A DNA stretch of 63,967 bases, counting the filler, from Conidiobolus incongruus B7586 (lineage: Eukaryota), in the NCBI GenBank assembly GCA_000697335.1. It is 10 parts of 10 records of this genome, joined end to end, with 100 filler letters (N's around TTAATTAATTAA, not from the genome) between each part and the next. Parts side by side here need not be neighbours in the genome. Positions count along the whole stretch, not along the records: positions 13,074 to 23,259 come from JNEM01007099.1; positions 23,360 to 24,814 come from JNEM01007100.1; positions 24,915 to 33,012 come from JNEM01007101.1; 7 more parts are not named here. One strand, 5' to 3'. Shown here one piece after another: positions 13,206 to 28,229 of the stretch. Position numbers and translations under genes: made by a program. Every line of letters starts with the position of its first letter. Position 1 is the first letter of the stretch. The notes below the pieces were generated by a model that was not told the DNA's origin, made no database searches, and worked only from the letters and a program-made list of their open reading frames with translations.

Positions 13206-16200
13206 TATAATAAGATCAATATATACATATTGTTTTAATATAAATAATATAGAAAAAGTCCTTGTTTATTTAATAATGGTTCCTTTTTTTATATGTAAAT
13301 GTTAATAAGGGTTCTATGATAAAATAAGACAAAATAAAATCAAGTAGATAAAAAGATAAGATAAAGTAAACAGATATGATTAATATGTTATGATAATAAC
13401 AAAGTAATCTAATCTATAATACTCCCTTTAGATTAAGATGTTTTTATTAAGAAACACTCTAATTATTAAATACTTTTCAGCATAAGTATAATAAGTATTA
13501 GTTTTTTGAACATTATTATAATATTCTTAAGTAGCTTTATTTTTAAAATAAATCTAAAGTATAAATGTCAGGGTGATTTTTTTTATCTATAACAAAATAA
13601 GATTTAAGCTAGTTTGGTTTTAATTTGGGGTTAAGTTATTTCTTATCATAAGGAGATTTGATTCCATCTGTTTTAATTATTATTAGTATTCTAAGTGAAT
13701 AATTTTTAATATAATAGTAGTGTTTATTATAATACTTAGCTTATTTATCTTATATGTGGGTGATTCTTTCCTGTGTAAATACTAATAATATATTATAATA
13801 TTTAAGAAAGCTAATTGAGTTTTAGGTAGTTAGGTTATTAGATCTTATGATTATTAAAACTTCAGGGTGATAACTATAAGTTAAGTAAAATAAAGTTATC
13901 CTAGTGGATAAATTAACAAAATTATTAAAGGTAAATTTTAAAAAGGGTAGTATTTGTTTCTAATTAGTTATGTTATATTTAAGATATAATTTTAAAGCTT
14001 TTTTAACTATATAAATATATCTTTCTAATTGTTTATTAGTTTGTTGATATTAGGAAGAACTAGGATTGTTTTAGCAATTAAGTAATTTTATAAGAGTAAC
14101 CTAAAATTTAAAAGTAAAGTAAGTATCATAGTCTATTATAATGATATAAGGAAGTCTATAGTATTAAAATATATGCTAGACAAATAGTTCAGTAATTTTT
14201 TTAGCATTTGTTTTATATTTTATTGGGATTAGATATAGTATTTTTATGAGTTAATCAACAAAGATCATAATACTATTGTAATCTGTGTTAAACTTTAGTA
14301 TATTAATAAAATCTATGGTGATATCTTTCTAGTGTTGTTTAGGGATAGGTAAAGAGTTTAAAGTTCTAGGAGGTAATTGGTTATTAATTTTATTGCTTTA
14401 ATATTTATTATAAAAGAACATATATTTCTTAACTTTAATTTTAATATATAACTAATAATAATTTTATGCTATTTTTTTATAAGTTCTTAATTAGCTTTAA
14501 TAACCATTAGTTATATTATTATAATATATAGTAAAGATTTTAGCTTTGATATCTAAAACATTAAGGATATAAATATAAGATTAATAGTAAAGAAGATTAT
14601 TGAGGAATTTGTAGTGTTTTACATATTATAAAATTTTAACTGTATTTATTTTGTTAAATAAAGATTTAATAATATTAAACTAATTATTATAATTTAAAAC
14701 AAACTTTATATCCTAGAATAAGTTAAATTTATAATTAATAGTAATATTATTTAACTAGGTAATAGGATTTTTATATTTTAAGTATAAGGGTATATAATTA
14801 ATTTTTTTAGATAATAAATCAATAATATCATTATAAACTCCTTTGATATATTTTATCTTAATATTAAATTTTTAAATATACTAACCTATAAAAGTAAGTT
14901 ATAAAATTATAATTATATATATTATTATTAATAACTCTATTAATTCTTAATCAAATTAAATTAAATTAAAATATATAATAAACTTATATTATTTATTTAT
15001 AATTAAGTATATTTAATCTAATTATATTAACTTTTAGTTGATATATTAAAATTTAAATTTTATCTAAGATGAATCATAAATTTATATATTTTAGTTATAG
15101 AAAAAAAATTAAAACTTAATATATTTATCTTTTATTTTCTTAACTTCCTTAAGTTTATAAAGTATAGAGTCAACTAACTTTTTATATTTAGAAGGATTAA
15201 TTTCATTTTAAGCTCTTTAAATATATTTCTAAAGTTCATTTAAATTTTATATTGATGGAAAAGCTTTAACTATTTTTTTAATTAATCTTAAAGATATTTA
15301 ATTAGATTAAAGTTAAAAGATTAAAGAAGCTACTTCATAACTATTATTTTATTATTTTTAAATTATTTAATAATAGAAATAATAATATAACAAGGGGTAT
15401 TATCTTATTAAAAAATAATATCTGATTTATTTAACCTATACTATTCAATAGTTTTTTTAATTCATTATTTAAAATATTTTAATATATTTTAACATTAATT
15501 CCCTTATTAATTTTACAAAAATACTTTACACTAGAAGATAACATATATCCTTAAATTATAATTAACCTATTATTATATTTTTAGGTTAAAATAACATATT
15601 GGTTATAAATTAGTTTTTTGTTTTTTCTAAAACATTTAGCTTTTGTATTAAATCTACTAAGATATATTTTTGTTTTATTAGATTAAATAACCTTACTCTA
15701 ATCAAATTTAATTTAATTTTAATAGTAACATTTAAATTCTTACTTTGCTTTATAATAAAACTTTTTTAGTTGGGGGTGTTTTTTCTTAAAGTATAACTAA
15801 TATCTATTATAATATAAAGCATATATCATAATATTAGAACTAATTAATATTCTTATATAGTTTTATAGTTCTTTTTATATTTCTACAGTAATATTATACT
15901 TACTTATATTAACTAACCTATAAATATATTTTTTATCATATTTATTTATAATCTTAACATATTTAAGTTTAAGTTTAGATATATTTTTACTATAATTTTT
16001 AATAGTTTTAATTATAGTAAACTAGCTAACACTAGTAATTCTAATAATCTTATAAGTTAATTTACCTTTATTATAGAGTTGATTAATATACAAATGAATT
16101 TTTTTAGAGAGGGATTTAATTATTTTGATACTAATATTATATAAAATAATAATTTACAATAATAATTAATAATAATAATATCAGTATATATATATATAAT

Positions 16201-19200
16201 TTAATAAAAGAAAAAAGATTTAAGTAATTTTTGTTTTATATACTCTTTTAAATCTTAAACTTATAAATTTATAACTCACCCTATTTAAAATTTAAGATTT
16301 AATATATTAACCAATAATATATTAAATATAATTAAATTTAACCTATTATAATTAGGTAATATAGTTTAATTATATACTTTAGTTTAAATTAATTTAGTTA
16401 AGAGTTATTTAAATTATAAGTAAATATATAGAGTGATTTTTATTTTATAACTTACTTTTATAAGTTAATATATAGTTAATCTATTTAATTTATTATTTAC
16501 TTAGATTTTTTTGATTATTGATATAAATAAGAGAAAGGTGATTAGTTAAGATATAGATAAAGTTAAAAGATAAGTATAAACAAAAATATTTTAAATATTC
16601 AATTAATATAAATAATTCTTGTTTATATACTAGGTAACTATGTTCTATAGGTAATATTTTATATAAATAAAAAACAATAGGTGAAATTTAATAATATCAA
16701 ATAAAAACTTAGTGATATTTACTCCCTTTTTAATATTATCTAGAGTATTAATATTGAAGTTGATGTTTATAGGTTATTTAAGCTAACTATTAATTATAAA
16801 GCAAAAGGCATCTATTATTATTATAACTAAGAGATTAAGATCAAATAAAACAAGGTAAAGGGTGTTAGTGATAGTATAAATTAAAATAATAAAGGTAGAG
16901 TATTTATTATATGACTAAAACCAAGGGTTTTTTTAAAAAGATTAGACAAAAAGGCACTAATTTCAACAAATGATTGAATAAAATTATAGAAATAATTGGT
17001 TATATTAAACAATAATTAAAGTGATGGTATATGTATAAGGTAAAGCTATTTATAAATATTTCAAATTTTGTTAAGATTAATATATACATTATTAGCTAAT
17101 AAAAGATAACTATAAAAAGAAACTTTAGGTTATATAAAAAGGTATTTAGATAATTTAATAAAAAGTATATTTTTTTAAAGATCTTAAATATATAATAATA
17201 ATATATAATATAATTTTTTATAATTGTAGAATAGAATAAAATATTGTCAAGATAAATAATTATAAAAGAATCTTAGATTTCAAAGAATAAGTTATTGATA
17301 AGTTATAGGAATATAACAAAAGTATTATAGAAATTAAAAGGAAATACTATGAATTTATAATATCTATAATAAATATTAAAAGCAATTAATAGAATAAAAT
17401 CTGGGTTTATAGCAATATTATAATATTTATCTTTTATATCAAGTTTAATAAAAATATTATAACCTATATTATAATCTTAAAGTTTAATTAAGTTTAGTAA
17501 TAAAGTTTTATCCTTAATGATTTTTTGTTAAAAGTTTAATAATTAATATAAAAGTGTAAACTTTTATTTTTTTCTTTATAAAGAAAATAAGTGATCTTTA
17601 AAAAAATATAGATGATTTGATAAAACCCTTACTAAATAGTTTAAATAATATTTCTTTAAAAATATTATTCTCTTTAAGAATTATGTGATAAATAAGATAA
17701 TATACTAGTTAAAATCTGAGCTCAAGTTTTATTTTATATTTTATGTTATATTTAGGTGATAATAAAATTTAAGATTAGAATTAATCTATGTATTTTTAAA
17801 TTAATATATATAATAGGTGGTTAAGATTTAAATTCATATTATTAATATTTATATTATTTTAATTAAGTTTAGGATTGTTAAGGGAACTAAAGTTTAAAAA
17901 AATTAAATTTTTAGATTTATGTTATTTTTTACTAATAATATTTTTAAAGGTAGATTTAAAAAGTATAAAATTACCTAACTCAATAATTAATTTATATTGA
18001 GTTTAGTATTAATTATCTTTATATATAGATTAAAATAATTATATTTTAACAAGAATAAGCTATAAGTAGTATAAAAATGTTAATAATCTTTAGTTATAAT
18101 TTAAAATAATAAATGGTTATAAATCTATAAAATATTAAAGATTAAATTATATATTAAGGGTGTAATTATAAACTAAAGGGTTTTATAGTAATCAGATATT
18201 AGTAATAAAATAATAATAATATATTTAAAAGACTATAAAGTTGTTTTATCACTTAAGGTGATATTAATAGGTTTTAGAGTTATTTTAAGATTTAATAGGG
18301 AAATTAAATTTTTATTGATTATATAATTATTAGCTCTATTATTAATAAATATAGTGATAGATTTAAAATTCAAATGTTTAGTGGTTAAAAGAGATATAAT
18401 GTTACTAATAATTTTAATTTGCTAACTAATAAAAGGTGTAGAACCAACAAAAGTAGTTAGCTTATTAATTTTTACTATTGGTTTTATCTTTTTTTAAAGA
18501 TAGATTAGGGGTTATTTAAATATTAAGCTAATTATTATTAGGGTAATTTCTTGAGTAATAATTATTATTAATTTTACAGCAATAGAAACAGTTATTGTTT
18601 TTACAAAAATATTTATATTCTTATTATATTAAAGATTTTAATAGTTGATTATTAGGTATAGTATACAAATAGGTGTCATTGATAACTTTGTTGTTAAAAT
18701 TATAGTTAGTAGGTATTTAATTAATATAATAATAGTGAACATTAATAAGACAACATTTATAATGATTAAGATATTAATAACAATAATTATATTTGTTAAG
18801 ACTGATAGCTAAATTAGTAATGTTTTAAAATAAGTCTTTTTATAAATTTATTTGTTAAAGTATATTATAATAAATATAAGACTTTAATTTATCTAAAAAG
18901 TGTATATTATAATTGAGATCTTATTTTAATGATAATTGATTCTTAAAATAGTGAATTTATTTAACAAATTCTTAAATAAATTATTTCTGAACTAAATTTT
19001 TTAATTTATTATATAAAAATATAATATTGTTAGTAGGGTAATATTCTTAGTATAATTCTCTGATAAGATTTCTAAAGGTTTAAATATTTTCATTAAGGTA
19101 TTTATTTGAAGATACTTAGATGTAAATTTATTAGTGATATTTAAACTAATTTCATATATTTCTAATAAAAAACTAAGATGCTATTAATAATTTGTCTTTT

Positions 19201-19732
19201 ATATTATAGCTAGATATATTAAAATAATTATTTAATATGTTTTTATAATTTTTAAGAGTATTAGTAAATTATTGTTTATTATAATTATAAAGTTTTTTGT
19301 ATTAGAGTTTTATATTAACTAGTAGTTAATTAAGTAACATTATTATGCTTAATATTTATAATTGATTTATTATATATATATATATATATATATAATTATT
19401 AAGTTAAGAAAATTAATTTTGGTTAATTAAATTATAAACAGGTAATTAATATCAAGATGATTTAAATTCTTAGTTTTTTTAATATTAGTGTAAAGATTAA
19501 GTATTTATTGCTATCATATAATAGGGTTAATATATATAAGTTATTTTAATATAAATAGTGTGAAAAAAGTCCTTATTTATTTAATAATGGTTCCCTTTTT
19601 TATATGTAAAAATTGGTGAGGATTCAATGATAAAATAAAACAAAATAAGATCAAGTAGGTAAAAATATATAATAAAGTGAGTAGATATAATTAATATATT
19701 ATAATAATAACAAAGTAATCTGATCTGTGATA
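13206..19732 (-). mobile_element. Ty3/Gypsy LTR retrotransposon, structurally complete but degenerate, interrupted by a Tc1 copy
   Basis: 216-bp LTRs at 13206-13421 and 19517-19732. 5-bp TSD ATTCT at 13201-05 and 19733-37. PPT (AAAGGGAG on minus) at 13422-29 and PBS-like TGATAGCA next to 19516. Relics of RT IYLD(N)ILFYS ~17240, RNase H end ..IEYIKG.. ~14850 and integrase (W)KDIT(M)DF ~14320, in RT-RH-INT order. Confidence 0.9.
14879..16470 (-). mobile_element. Tc1 (DD34E) subfamily B, full length, nested in the Gypsy RNase H region
   Basis: TA flanks at 14877-78 and 16471-72, degenerate TIRs, colinear with 59153-60717. The Gypsy pol frame resumes across the insertion. Confidence 0.9.
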
Positions 19733-22081
19733 ATTCTTTATAATTATTAATTAAAATAATTACCTTGATAATTTAAACTTTGTTAATAATATTTAATTTA
19801 TTTTTATATATTATTTTATTGCTTATATTTTTTTATATAAAATTATTCCATTTAATTATTTAAATTAAATCTTTCTTAATCAATCTAAAGTTATAATATA
19901 TTTTATTTTACATCCATTTTAAATTAATTTAATTTATGAAAATAATATTTAATAAAAGTTTATAATTAGTTGATTATTATCATATCAAGTTTTATATAAT
20001 ATATATTCTTATAATTTTTCTTAAAATATATAACTTTATTAATCTTAAAAAAGTTTTAATTTAAAAAATTCTCTTTTTCAAATAATTTAACATAAAAATA
20101 AATGTTTCAATAATTATAGTTAAAAATATTTTATTAATTATCTGATATATAAATTTTAATTTAACTGATAAAATATGATTAAAAATTTATGCTAATTATT
20201 AATCTTAATATAATTGATGGTAAATTACTTTGAATATAAATTTAATATAAAAAATTACTCGAAATATCATTAAATACTAATATATTTCAAATATTAAATA
20301 GCTAGATTATTAATGAGGTTTAAACTTGCCTTATTAAGGGGAATCCTATAAAAAGATAAGAAATATTAGGTAAAAAAGCCAAAAAGATAAGTAAAAAATA
20401 AAGAAAAAAAATTAAAGTTAATAGAAATAGAGGAGAAGGTTTATTTAGGAAAGTCAGATAGTTTAAATATTTTAAACTTATTAAACTATGGCTTATAAAG
20501 TGGATTTTCTAGAATATCACCAGTTCTTAGGACAAAAGGTTATATTATCCTTTTTATTATAATTATTTTTTGAAAAGTTATATGAAAAAAATATTATTTA
20601 GTTTGTGAATCACTAAAATTTAATTTCAAAATTAGAAACAAAGTAATAAGTGTTTTTTTATTAAAAGCAAAAATATGTATTCCGCTAAATATATACTTCT
20701 ATTAATGATAATATTCAAAGCCAATAGTTTTTTTTAAACAAAAAATTCAATGTTATAATTAAATATGCAAATATTAATAAATTAAATTTATAAACCCTAA
20801 ATAATTAATTAAAATTTTCCCTTTTAAAATATTTTAAAAATTTCAGTCATTTTATAAATATTTCCAATAAATATAATTTGAAATATAAATATTAATTAAT
20901 AATATGTTAAATTTTTATTTTATCACTTATTTATTCAATATATATAGATCCATAATTTTTTAATATAAATTAATCAATTTTGATAAATTTCTATTATTAA
21001 TTTTATTCAATTTAGAAAAGAAATTATTTCAAAAAATAAAACACTATATTAAATTATCAGAGATAATATAATTAGCATATTAATTAATTAATAAAATTAT
21101 AGAAAAAAAAATAATCAAAATTGATAATTTATGAAAATACAATTTTTGGAATTTAAAATGAGTTTATCAATCTAATTAAATAATATTTTAATTCGGAGCA
21201 AATTTAAAAATCCAATTAAACAACTATTTTATAAGCATCTAGTTCTATTTTTAAGGTTTCTCAGATCCAGACAAATGCTGATAAAAGAAAATATATTATC
21301 AAATTAAGTTATTGGAAAGTAAGTGTTTAAAAAAATAAAATTAGATTAAAATTCAAAATATATGTTTATAAATTTTTATATATATTAAGTTTTACTAATT
21401 AAAATATTCCTCATAATAAATATTACTCTAAACTTTGAATAATAAGAGTTTTTTGACATTGAAAATAAATAAGAATTTTAATATATATTTTACATAAATA
21501 AATATATAATATAATATTAATACTCCTTTTTATTATTAATAACTCTTAACGTTTGAAATTAATTATTTTTATTAATAACTTAAATTTGATATTTTATAAA
21601 CTCATTAAATTTATTAAATTTATTTATAATTTTTTATTGTTAGATATTTTTTTAGTTATTTAGGATAATTTTAATTATATAGATTAATATTTAAGAAATA
21701 TATTAATTATAAAAGATTTATTTAATTACAAAATAACTAAAAAATTTTTATAGCTATAAATTTATATAATTTATAATTATAATATAAATTAATAGATAAT
21801 TTTGTATTATTATTAATAAGGTTATTATTATTAAATTTGTTTTATTAAGAATTATATAGATATAACATATTTTGTTATATTTTATTATAATATTAATATG
21901 GAAATTAAGAAATGGCAAATTTTTTAATTTCTGATCTTTCAAATATATTATATGTTTTGAAAGATTACATATATATAAAATATATAGGAAAATAAATATT
22001 TTCAAACTATATATATATATTCAATTTTTATTTTTTTTTATTAAAATATTTTGATTTTAAAATTTATACTTAAATTTAATT

Positions 22082-23114
22082 ATGCTTAAATCAAATTGTA
22101 ATTATCAAATGGCTTTTATTTTTATATTTTTAAAACTTAATCATAAATCCTCTAAAATTATCTAAAACTTGCAAACAGTTTATAAAGATGGTGCTTTATC
22201 TAAAACTACCATATATTGCTAGATTTGTGATTTTAAAACTAAAAGGGACACTATTCAAAATTTACCAAAATCTAAAAGACTAATTTCTACTATTATTCTT
22301 TCACTTATTAATAGAGTAAAAAAATATATTAAGAAATATCTTTTTATTTCTGTTAGAGAATTATTAAAGTAATTTAATATTAATTATATAAGCATATTAT
22401 ATTTACTTAAGTTTAAACTTGGATTAATTAATAAAAATGTAAAATAGATACCTTATAATTTAACAAAAGTTTAAAAAAAAATAGAGTAACTATAGCTAAA
22501 CTAAACTTATTAAGGTATAACCAAAAACAAAGGTTTTTACAATGAATACTTATAATTGATGAAACTTAGATTCCTTTATATAATCCTTTACATAAAAATA
22601 AAACAAGATATTAGGTTAAGCTAAATCAATCCCCTTTATAAATTCTAATAAATAAGCATTTTAAATATAAGTGAATGTTAATTTTTATAATAGATTATAA
22701 TGGTATATGGTTTTCTTATTTAATACCTTAAGGGAAATCAATTAATAGTGAGTTATATATTACTTTTTCAAATAAAACAATTTCTAAATGGTGTTTTCAA
22801 TATAAATTGAGGATACCTATTATTTTGCATAATAATTATAAAATATATAAAGCTAAAGCTATAAAAGATTTTTTATATAAAAAAATTAGAGGGAGTTACC
22901 ATATCTAATAAATTCACCTGATTATAACCAATATGATTATAATTGTTTTAGATAATTAAAAAAACAGCTTGCAAGAAAAAAAATTCCTGCAAACAAATTA
23001 AATTGGTTTGTGAAATATCAAATTTCAGTCCTGAATAAAAAGAATTATTTTTTAAGTATTAAAAGCTTACTAAAGGTATAGAAAAAAGTTATTAATAATA
23101 AAAAAGGCTATTAA
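22082..23114 (+). mobile_element. Degenerate mariner-type (DD34D) transposase; TIRs not resolved
   Basis: After reverting transitions: VY(G)DGALSKTTIY(RW), LP(R)S(G)R(P), (W)IP(H)NL, IDET(W)I, LH(D)N..(H), LP(HP).NSPDYNQ(C)DY. These correspond to the mariner WVPHEL and YSPDLAPxDY motifs. Confidence 0.85.
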
Positions 23115-23359
23115 TTTTATATTATTCATTAATTTTTATATATTATTTATTAATTTATTTATTTAATTAATTTAATTTTAAAATTATATTATTATTTAAT
23201 TTCTGCACTAATATTTGATAATTGATAATAAATTAATTATTTATTAATTGGAATTTATCNNNNNNNNNNNNNNNNNNNNNNNNNNNNNNNNNNNNNNNNN
23301 NNNTTAATTAATTAANNNNNNNNNNNNNNNNNNNNNNNNNNNNNNNNNNNNNNNNNNNN

Positions 23360-24814
23360 ATATAATTAAAGTATATTATTTAATAATAAATAAATATATT
23401 TAAATATATATAGTAAACTATTAGCAAAAATATTAACCCTTAATATTTAACCAAGGTAAGTTATAAATTTACAGGTTTTTAAGATAAAAGGATATATTTA
23501 ATAATATATAACTATATTTTTTTCCTCTCTTTGTTATTATTTTATATTATATTTTACAAATATACTAAATTGTTTTATTAGTGTTATTATACTTAAATCC
23601 CTTTTTAAAAAAATCTACTTGTATATTAATTAACTTTATAAAAAAGGTAAATCAACTTGTGATATTGTTAGAATTACTAGTTTTAGTTAATCTACTATAG
23701 TTAAAGCTATTAAAAATAACAATAAAGAAATATTTAAACTTAAACTTAAATATATTAAAATGATAAATAAATATAATAAGAAGTATATTTGTAGGTTAAT
23801 TAATATAAGTAAATGTGGTACTACTGTAGAAATATAATAGGAATTATAAAACTATATAGGAATATTAGTTAGCATTGATACTATTATATATATTTTATAT
23901 TAGCATAAATACCACTTATATCTTAAAAAAAACACCTTTAACTCAAGAAATCCTTTTATAAAGTTAGGTAAAAGTTTAAATATCACTACCAATGTTAAAT
24001 TAAAACTAATTAGAATAAATTTATTTAATCTAATAAAACAAAAATATACTTTAGTAGATTTAATAAAAAAGCTAGATATTTCAGAAAAAATATAAAATTA
24101 CTTTATAACCATTATGTTAATTTTACATAAAAATACAATAGTAGGTTAATTATTATTTGGGGATATATATTATTTTTAGGTATAAAGTATCTTTGTAAAG
24201 TTAATAAAAAAATTAATATTGAAATGTATTAAAGTATTCTAAACAATAAATTAAAAAAAACTATTGAATAATATAGGTTAAATAAATCTAATATTATTTT
24301 CTAGTAAAATAATACTTCTTGTTATACTATAGCTTTTATTACTAAATAACTTAAAAATAATAAAATAATAGTTATAAAGTAACTTCTTTAATCTTTTAAC
24401 TTTAATTTAATTAAACACCTTTAGGATTAATTAAAAAAAGTTATTAAAGTTTTCCCCCTAGTTAAAAATTTAAATCAACTTTAAAAATATATTTAAGAAG
24501 TATAAAACAAGATTAACCCTTTTTAATATAAGAAGTTAATTGATTCTATACTTTACAAACTTAAAGAAGTTAGAAAAGCTAAAGGTAGATACATTAATTT
24601 TAATTTTTTTTATCACCAAAAACCTATAAATTTATAACTTACTTTAGGTAAAATTTAAAAATTTATATTTTAGTTAATTAATAGCTAAATATTATCATTT
24701 AATGATATATATAATTAATATATATAATAGATTTTAATTATTTAATTTAAATTTATTTCATTAAATATTAATTAAGTTATTAGTAAAAATATAAGTGTTT
24801 TTAATTTTATAACT
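23360..24814 (+). mobile_element. Tc1-A copy with both ends lost in gaps
   Basis: Reverse-complement colinear with 11262-12833 over its whole length. Confidence 0.92.
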
Positions 24815-25754
24815 NNNNNNNNNNNNNNNNNNNNNNNNNNNNNNNNNNNNNNNNNNNNTTAATTAATTAANNNNNNNNNNNNNNNNNNNNNNNNNNNNNN
24901 NNNNNNNNNNNNNNAAAAATAATAAAATAAAAATTATATAAAATATCCTAATTAAAAATTATTATAAAGAACTATTAATTCTAGTATATTCTTTATATTA
25001 TAGTTTATATAATTATAATATTAATTAGTAATTAAAAAATCATTTTCTTTAAAAAAGAAAGTTATTACTAAAATATTTAATTAAATTTTTAAAATATCAA
25101 ATTTTAGTTTTTAATAAAAAGATAATCTTTTAAATATTAAAAGCTTATTAAAAATATGGTATAAAGTTATTAATAATATTAATGAATATTGATTTTATAA
25201 TATATATTTATTTTCAACCTTAAAATATTCTTATAATTTAAAATTAAAAGTAATATCAAATGATTAAATTAAAATAATTTAAATTTTTCAAATTAAACTA
25301 AGTATATATATTAAGTGAGATATTTAAATATATTATATTATTTCAATTATTTATTGTTATACCAATTTGTAAAAATGTATAGCTATTATCTATAATTTTA
25401 ATTCTGAGAATTTTCCTTCAAATAAAAATTAAATAATATTATTATCTTATGGAGGCTCAATATAATATTAATATATAATTGCAACACTTAATTCCAATAT
25501 AGAGATACTTGTCAGTTATAAATAATGAAATTTGAAAGGTATAATTTTCAAATTATATGCTTATTGAAAGAATAATTCATTAAGTTACTTTACTTTTAGA
25601 ATAGTAATTTAATTGAGTAAAGAAAACAATTTCCCAATCACTTAATCCTCAAATTATTAAATTATTCAATAATTCATTGAAATAAATCACCAAAAAATTT
25701 ATGAATAATAGGTAAATAACGAGAAATGTATTAGTATGCTTGAATTGAAAATGA

Positions 25755-26093
25755 TATTGACACTGGCTGGGAAGTCAAGTGTCCAATAACTTTTAAGTAA
25801 ATAGTCGTCTTCTGGGACGGCACCTGTTTGGTGATATAAAAGGGGTAATTTATTGTTTAACCTGGATTATTGGGCTGTACCCTAGGAAGAGGACCGACGT
25901 GATAACTTGGTTGTAGTCGGCATATTTATAGTTTGCTTGACGTGTCTTCCCAGCGTACGAACCGTACGTCGGATGGAATGATTGATTGCATTGCTCGGGT
26001 GTATTTTGTGGTCACATTGCAGGTGGATCTGTGACTGGGTTCTCGAATGAATTGAATTGTTAAGGACGAACGGGTCCTCCGGCCCGTGACAAT
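25755..26093 (+). ncRNA. Candidate structured non-coding RNA of unknown class (~340 nt)
   Basis: Isolated GC-richer, CpG-retaining island tiled by at least seven stem-loops. G-U pairs favour the + strand. No convincing ORF. Confidence 0.55.
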
Positions 26094-26490
26094 ATTGTAA
26101 ATTAATGCTTTAGAGAAAGTAGATGGATAGTTTTGTAATTATAATTTGATTAATAAAATAGGCATAAAAATATACAATATAATCTTCCTAAGTATATTGT
26201 TCAGATATAAAAAGAATTATTAATTAAATTTCAATATACAATTGTATCTAATTAATATTTAAACAATAAAAATATTATGTTATTAACATTATTGATTATT
26301 AGTTTTAAATTATATTGTTGTGGAGGTTCATTTAACAGAAAATATTTCAAAATTTAGATAAATAAGGTCCCATAATTTGATTAAAATTAAAATTGATATA
26401 TAAACTTATCTTGAAGATATGGAAATATAATTCAATAGATCGGATATAGCCAGCAAATACACTAAAATATTAATATTTTTTTATTCAGTT

Positions 26491-28229
<1,739 letters not shown>

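Noticed and set aside
20300..20620. Purine-rich, CpG-free patch as a possible further TE relic
   Set aside because: No motif or second copy in the window to support a call.
21754..22005. I/Y/N/K-rich ORFs (also 31196-31444, 40399-40587, 41281-41490, 48460-48645)
   Set aside because: Composition is that of chance ORFs in very AT-rich DNA; no motifs. 48460-48645 partly overlaps a pseudogene on the other strand.
25755..26093. Assignment of the structured island to RNase P/MRP, SRP, an snRNA or telomerase RNA
   Set aside because: Only partial look-alikes (GGGAAGUC, a CUUGG loop, CCCUAG). Required partner motifs and spacing are missing, so no class is claimed.
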